A stretch of 63,345 bases of DNA, from positions 1 to 63,345 of the forward strand of contig JALTGP010000208.1 of NCBI GenBank assembly GCA_027076905.1. Direction: 5' to 3'. Below are positions 59,205 through 63,345 of this stretch, in pieces. This DNA comes from Campylobacteraceae bacterium. Its GTDB lineage: Bacteria; Campylobacterota; Campylobacteria; Campylobacterales; Sulfurovaceae. The notes under the pieces are model-generated. The model saw nothing but the letters and a program-made list of their open reading frames with translations, searched no databases and was not told the DNA's origin. A program made the position numbers and the translations under genes. The number at the start of each line of letters is the position of its first letter. Position 1 is the first letter of the stretch.

Positions 59205-59324
59205 TGTTTTAGTTCAACTTTTTTATTATGGGTTATTAAGTAGATACCCAAAATTAATTTCAAAAATATTTGGGACTAAAGTCGCCGATTCTGAAGATTT
59301 CTATTCCTAAGGAGCAATTTAAAA

Positions 59325-61286
59325 CTACAACTCCATAATATCTTTTTCTACTTTAGCCACAAACTCTCCCTGAATTTTCGCCATAGCGATACTCACACTT
59401 TCGATACGCACGATAATCCTATCAAAGAGCATTACATTATCTCCATTGATATTAACTGTTACCCCCTCTATTTCACTCTCTAGTACAGCTTTGGTACTCT
59501 CTCCTGCCTCGACCACATTGGCTTTGAATTCCATACCTATCTGCTTCTCTGCCCAACGTGCCAGTTTTCTATCTCTAAAGTCCCATTCAGCTTTGGTTGA
59601 TTCTCGTTCGAGTTCGGAGACTCTAGCACATAGGGGTTCTATATTTCGCAATAGGTACTCCTTCTCCTCTTTGTTATCTTTGAGTTGACTCTTGATAAGA
59701 CGGTGTAAAATCAAGTCAGCGTATCTTCTAATGGGTGAGGTAAAATGCGAATAGTGAGAGAATCCTAGCCCAAAGTGTCCCTCATTATTAGCCGAGTATG
59801 TTGCCTGTTTAAGAGATTTGATAATCATCGCGTCTACCTCAGATGCTATTCCCATCTCATCTGCCTCTTTTTGAATAGCTCTAATAAGGCTTGGGCTATT
59901 ATCATAATTGGAGACAAACAGACCAATGGCTGAGAGGTTCTCTAGTAGCTCTTCTAGTTTTGAAAGTTGTGGTGGGAGGTGTACCCTAAATATCCCATAC
60001 TCAAAACGTTTGGCAGAGGCTTGGTTTGCCAAAAGCATACACTCCTCGATAAGCGAGTGCGAAGGTGTCCCTGTCTCTATCTGCGTATGGGTTAGCTCAT
60101 GCCCTGCATCAATACTAAGTTTGACCTCTTCACTTCTAAAGTCAAATCCATCTTGAAGTCGTCTCTTTCGTAGCCGTTGGGTTATCTGTTGAAGAGGTAA
60201 AAGATAGGTAAGAATTCGCTTCTCATGCTCTTTGGTTATATTTGCCCCTTGATTATCAATAATCACATCTATCTCATCATAGTTAAAACGTCTCTTAGAG
60301 TGGATAATTGCCTCAAAAAACTCCTCTTTGAGAGGTAATAGAGTATCAGGGCTAAGCTCAATCTTTGCCACGAATGCCAAACGCTCAACATGCGGTTTAA
60401 GAGAACAGATATTTTCACTAAGCTCACGAGGTATCATGGGAAAGGATTTGTGAGGTAGATAGGTAGTAAATCCTCGTCGTTTAGCCTCTTGGTCGATTGG
60501 GCTAAAGTAGTCAAGATAGTGACTCACATCTGCAATTGCCACATATAAAGTATAGCTATTCATATCAAAGTATATAGCATCATCAAAATCTTTGGCTGTT
60601 ACAGGGTCGATAGTACAGAAATCAAGCCCACGCAAATCTACACGACTATCATGCTCACTAGCAGTTACCTCACTCTCTACCTCTTTGGCTTGGGCGGTAA
60701 CATCCTCTTCAAACTTATCCATTCTATTAAAAAGAGCTAAAGAGATTTTTTCATCTACCTTTGGGTCTGCTAAATGTCCAAAAACTTCTAATACTTCATT
60801 GGTTTGGGTATCTATTTTTAGCACTGTTCCAATCTTGAAAAGCTCTAGGTTCATATCTTTCATTGTTGCCGTAGTAGGAAGCCCTGTTTTGATATCAAGT
60901 ATCTCAAAGATATCCGACTCATTTCTATGGGTATAAGCGATTTGGAAAACATGAGCCTTTCTAATCACCAATAAAATTTTAGCAGAGGCTCGTCCACGTC
61001 GTGCGATAATACGCTTGACAACCACCACATCCCCATGATTGGCATCATTGAGGTCATCAGGTTCTATTATTAAATCCCTCTGTTCCGCTGTAGAGGCTTC
61101 GACAAACCCTTTCCCCTCTTTGTTGATATAAAGCTGTCCGACTCGGTAGAGAGATTTTAGTTTTAAAAGCCCATCTACCTCTTCGATAGCGTTTAGCTTT
61201 TGTAGTAGTTGAAATGAGTTCTTGTCCTCTTGTTCTAGGTCAGATTCCCAAAATCCGTTTGTTAGTTGTATTGCAAATGGTGACAT
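59325..61286 (-). CDS. rnr: Ribonuclease R (RNB family)
   Basis: TIDPVTAKDFDDA, VAIADVS, IEECMLLAN, HFGL and HFTSPIRRYADL motifs. Confidence 0.93.
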   Translation of the reverse strand: MSPFAIQLTNGFWESDLEQEDKNSFQLLQKLNAIEEVDGLLKLKSLYRVGQLYINKEGKGFVEASTAEQRDLIIEPDDLNDANHGDVVVVKRIIARRGRASAKILLVIRKAHVFQIAYTHRNESDIFEILDIKTGLPTTATMKDMNLELFKIGTVLKIDTQTNEVLEVFGHLADPKVDEKISLALFNRMDKFEEDVTAQAKEVESEVTASEHDSRVDLRGLDFCTIDPVTAKDFDDAIYFDMNSYTLYVAIADVSHYLDYFSPIDQEAKRRGFTTYLPHKSFPMIPRELSENICSLKPHVERLAFVAKIELSPDTLLPLKEEFFEAIIHSKRRFNYDEIDVIIDNQGANITKEHEKRILTYLLPLQQITQRLRKRRLQDGFDFRSEEVKLSIDAGHELTHTQIETGTPSHSLIEECMLLANQASAKRFEYGIFRVHLPPQLSKLEELLENLSAIGLFVSNYDNSPSLIRAIQKEADEMGIASEVDAMIIKSLKQATYSANNEGHFGLGFSHYSHFTSPIRRYADLILHRLIKSQLKDNKEEKEYLLRNIEPLCARVSELERESTKAEWDFRDRKLARWAEKQIGMEFKANVVEAGESTKAVLESEIEGVTVNINGDNVMLFDRIIVRIESVSIAMAKIQGEFVAKVEKDIMEL

Positions 61287-61403
61287 ATATTCTTCTTTTT
61301 GTTGTAATTAATTGTGGAAGTATAACATTTCATTTGCTATATTTTCATATATTTTTTCTTATCTCTCGTATAATCTCAATCGCTTCTTGTAGCTCTTTTT
61401 TAT

Positions 61404-61678
61404 CAAATTATAGCGAAAAACCACCTCCTTTAGGTGGTGGATGAAAGTGGTAGATTTTAAGAAAAAACTTTAATAACAAAATTAAACATTATATAATTCT
61501 TTTTTCGCTACAATAACCCTATGTGAGGTACAGCATACCTACGAAAACCAAGTAGTCGCAGTCTTCACAAAAAACTTAGTCTAGGCAGGTCATGTCGGAC
61601 TATAAAAGCTTCCTCAATATCCTAACATTAGTTGGGAGTTCGGAAGAATCCACCTTCTTTAGGGGGTGGAGTTGTCAA
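61404..61678 (+). mobile_element. Non-autonomous IS200/IS605-family element (275 bp, no tnpA/tnpB)
   Basis: Left hairpin ccacctcctttaggtggtgg and right hairpin gaatccaccttctttagggggtggagttgTCAA; TTTAT immediately 5'; no target duplication; boundaries fixed by the restored reading frame. Confidence 0.88.
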
Positions 61679-61698
61679 ACAAAGGCTTAGAAGTATCA
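61521..61698 (+). ncRNA. Putative orphan TnpB omegaRNA (reRNA) scaffold plus flanking guide
   Basis: TACAAT -10 at 61509-61514; hairpins tgtgag...ttcaca and cttcc..tcctaac-atta-gttggga..ggaag; right-end hairpin to TCAA; guide would be the flank acaaaggcttagaagtatca. Expression is inferred. Confidence 0.55.
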
Positions 61699-62983
61699 TC
61701 ATGTGATTGAGGGTTTAAAATTCTATCTGTAATACTTCGTATATTTCTCAAATCTATCTCTACAGAAGAGTCTCTCTCTAAGCCTTTCTTAAATCCAAGT
61801 AACTTTCCTCTTATCTCTCCACTTTTAGATTCATCGGTCAAATCAATTTGAAATAGTGTTTTTTTAATTTTTTTAAAAATTTCATTCTCACTATATAAGC
61901 TCTGTTCCTGTCTCTCTTTTATACTTTTTAGTCTCTCAACCTCTTTACGTAAATAGTTTGCACAAGCAGGATAGTCATACTCGTTAAAATGCTTTATAGC
62001 ACTCTCAAAATAGTTTAGAGATTTTTTAATGTATGGCTTTTCAAACTCTCCATCGCTATCTACATATATCTCATAAGCTTTCCAAGGCATTTTATCTTTT
62101 AGTATTTCAAAAAATCCTTTGTCGTGAGTGAAAAAGAAGATTTGGAAGTCGCTAAATTCTGTTTTTATAACCTCTATTAGATTAAGTCTATTGCTCATAT
62201 CCAAAGAGATTAGCAAATCATCTAAAACCAAGATTTTTAAACTCTCATCAGAAAGATTATCAAACTGTTTTTTAATAATTGAAAAATAGATACTTATTGC
62301 CAATGCTGACAATCTAGCTTCATTTAAAAAGTTTTGATACTCTTCTATTTTATTATCAAAATATTCTATTTCTAAATTTACTTTATGAAATCCAAAATTA
62401 AAATTTATTTCTGTAAGTTTAAAATTTTGTTCAAATTGGTCTAAAAAAGTATTGATAGAATCAAGCAAGTCTTCTTTTAAGATTTTTTCAAATGTAGAAA
62501 AATATTTTTCGTCTTCTTGCTCTTTTAAGTTTTTAAGAATTTTATTTTTACCTATTGGATATTCAGCTAATATATCCTCAAAAAATTTATAGAGATTTTT
62601 CTTTTTTTCCCTTTCTATAGAGTAGGAGACGTTGAGTAATGATTTATAATCTAATATAGGTTTAGAAATTGATAACTGTTCTATAAAAGAAAAATTATTT
62701 TCCAAATCCAAATGGTCACTATCTATCCTAAGTGTCTCTTCATTGTCAAAATTAAACTCTAAATAAGTATCACTTTCAAGATTAAAAATATTTTTATTAG
62801 TATTAAATTGATTCTCTTCTATACTTGGTTGTACCAAAAACTCAAAAGCCTTATAAAGCGAACTCTTACCACTTCCATTTTCTCCATATACAAGCATGTT
62901 TTGACCATTAAGCTCAAAACTATTATGCTCATCTTCATCTATAAAAAACCTAAAATTATGTAGTTGTATTTTATCTATTTTAA

Positions 62984-63345
62984 TCATTTTTTACTTCCAT
63001 TTACTGTTTTTACTACAGAGAGAACTCTTCTATATATCAGACCTCTTTGTATTGTTCTATTATCATTAAAAATTTTATACATCTCGTCTATCATATCTTT
63101 TTTACCATTAAATCTTTTTATGACTTTTGCCACCTCATCACTAATAAAACAATCCCCCCTCTTCATCTCCTCTTCAAAATACAAATCATAAACCATACTA
63201 TCTATCACAGACTCAAACAGTGAAGCTTCTAAGTTTAGATTTTGCTCTTTGGCAAAGAGGATATAATCTACTAGGATTTCAAAGATTTTTTGGGTTTCTT
63301 TTGGAATTTTAGGAAGAGAAATCTGTTTCATTTTATCGTACATCA
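62984..63345 (-). CDS. C-terminal part of a probable type IIG (Eco57I-like) restriction-modification enzyme, running off the window
   Basis: LPKIP...Q..F..LVDYILF.K......FE..ID.MVY.LYF is typical of IIG C-termini; ATGA overlap with the ATPase-HEPN gene. Confidence 0.65.
   Translation of the reverse strand, partial: MYDKMKQISLPKIPKETQKIFEILVDYILFAKEQNLNLEASLFESVIDSMVYDLYFEEEMKRGDCFISDEVAKVIKRFNGKKDMIDEMYKIFNDNRTIQRGLIYRRVLSVVKTVNGSKK

Larger units (their letters stand above)
61345..62987 (-). pseudogene. ABC/SMC-type ATPase fused to a HEPN-like domain (PrrC/RloC-like), interrupted near its 3' end
   Basis: Walker A GENGSGKS, signature-like LNEARLS, LVLDDLLISLD, H-loop FTHD, HEPN-like ANYLRKEVE...RILNPQSH. 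Removing 61404-61678 restores ...SKPLYKKELQEAIEIIREIRKNI* (TGA at 61345). Confidence 0.8.

Noticed and set aside
59205-59324. Third copy of the 160-bp MITE (attcctaa at about 59303)
   Set aside because: Only about 8 bp match the TIR and the internal sequence is unrelated; at most a relic of another repeat.
2084-61444. Numerous 60-150 aa ORFs overlapping or antisense to long genes (e.g. 2084-2422, 14516-14959, 27784-28155, 45170-45517, 60592-60936)
   Set aside because: They are shadows of well-supported genes, with no RBS or recognisable motifs.
61214-61444. 76-aa ORF reading into the left end of the IS605 element
   Set aside because: It overlaps the rnr start antisense and crosses the insertion junction; most likely a chance frame.
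61404-61678. Self-splicing IStron or group I intron that would repair the HEPN mRNA
   Set aside because: It is short for a group I intron, no core elements were recognised, and it lies antisense to the host gene.
1-63345. CRISPR array or cas genes
   Set aside because: No regularly spaced direct repeats with unique spacers and no Cas-like ORFs were seen; the repeats found are dispersed MITEs and hairpins.

Overview
AT-rich chromosomal window from a Campylobacterota bacterium, most likely Sulfurovum-like (inferred from gene order and protein style). Most of it is housekeeping: pyrF, nadE, nusB, ribH, dapE, gatC, pilT, cvpA, fur, lysS, smpB, ispE, truB, uvrD, cysK, pyrC, lnt, yajC-secDF, leuS, ung, folC, mfd, rnr and tRNA-Ser(GCT). 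It also carries a polysulfide-reductase-like molybdoenzyme cluster (psrB-C-A ... psrD-E) split by inserted hypothetical genes. The unusual content is mostly small non-coding mobile DNA that the ORF track misses. (i) A 275-bp transposase-less IS200/IS605 element (TTTAT target motif, TCAA right end, no target duplication) keeps a candidate promoter and an omegaRNA-like scaffold. It clips the last helix off an ABC-ATPase-HEPN (PrrC/RloC-like) gene that is coupled to a probable type IIG restriction-modification gene. (ii) Two copies of a 160-bp TAA-flanked MITE. (iii) A 406-bp internally deleted IS66 next to tRNA-Ser. (iv) Several CTTTAG-loop or REP-like hairpins. Other oddities are a KCGEGKCG-repeat gene fragment, a Cys4 C-terminal extension on LysRS, tandem N-glycosylation sequons on CvpA and a probable ATC start codon. 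All assignments come from reading motifs by eye; no searches were run.
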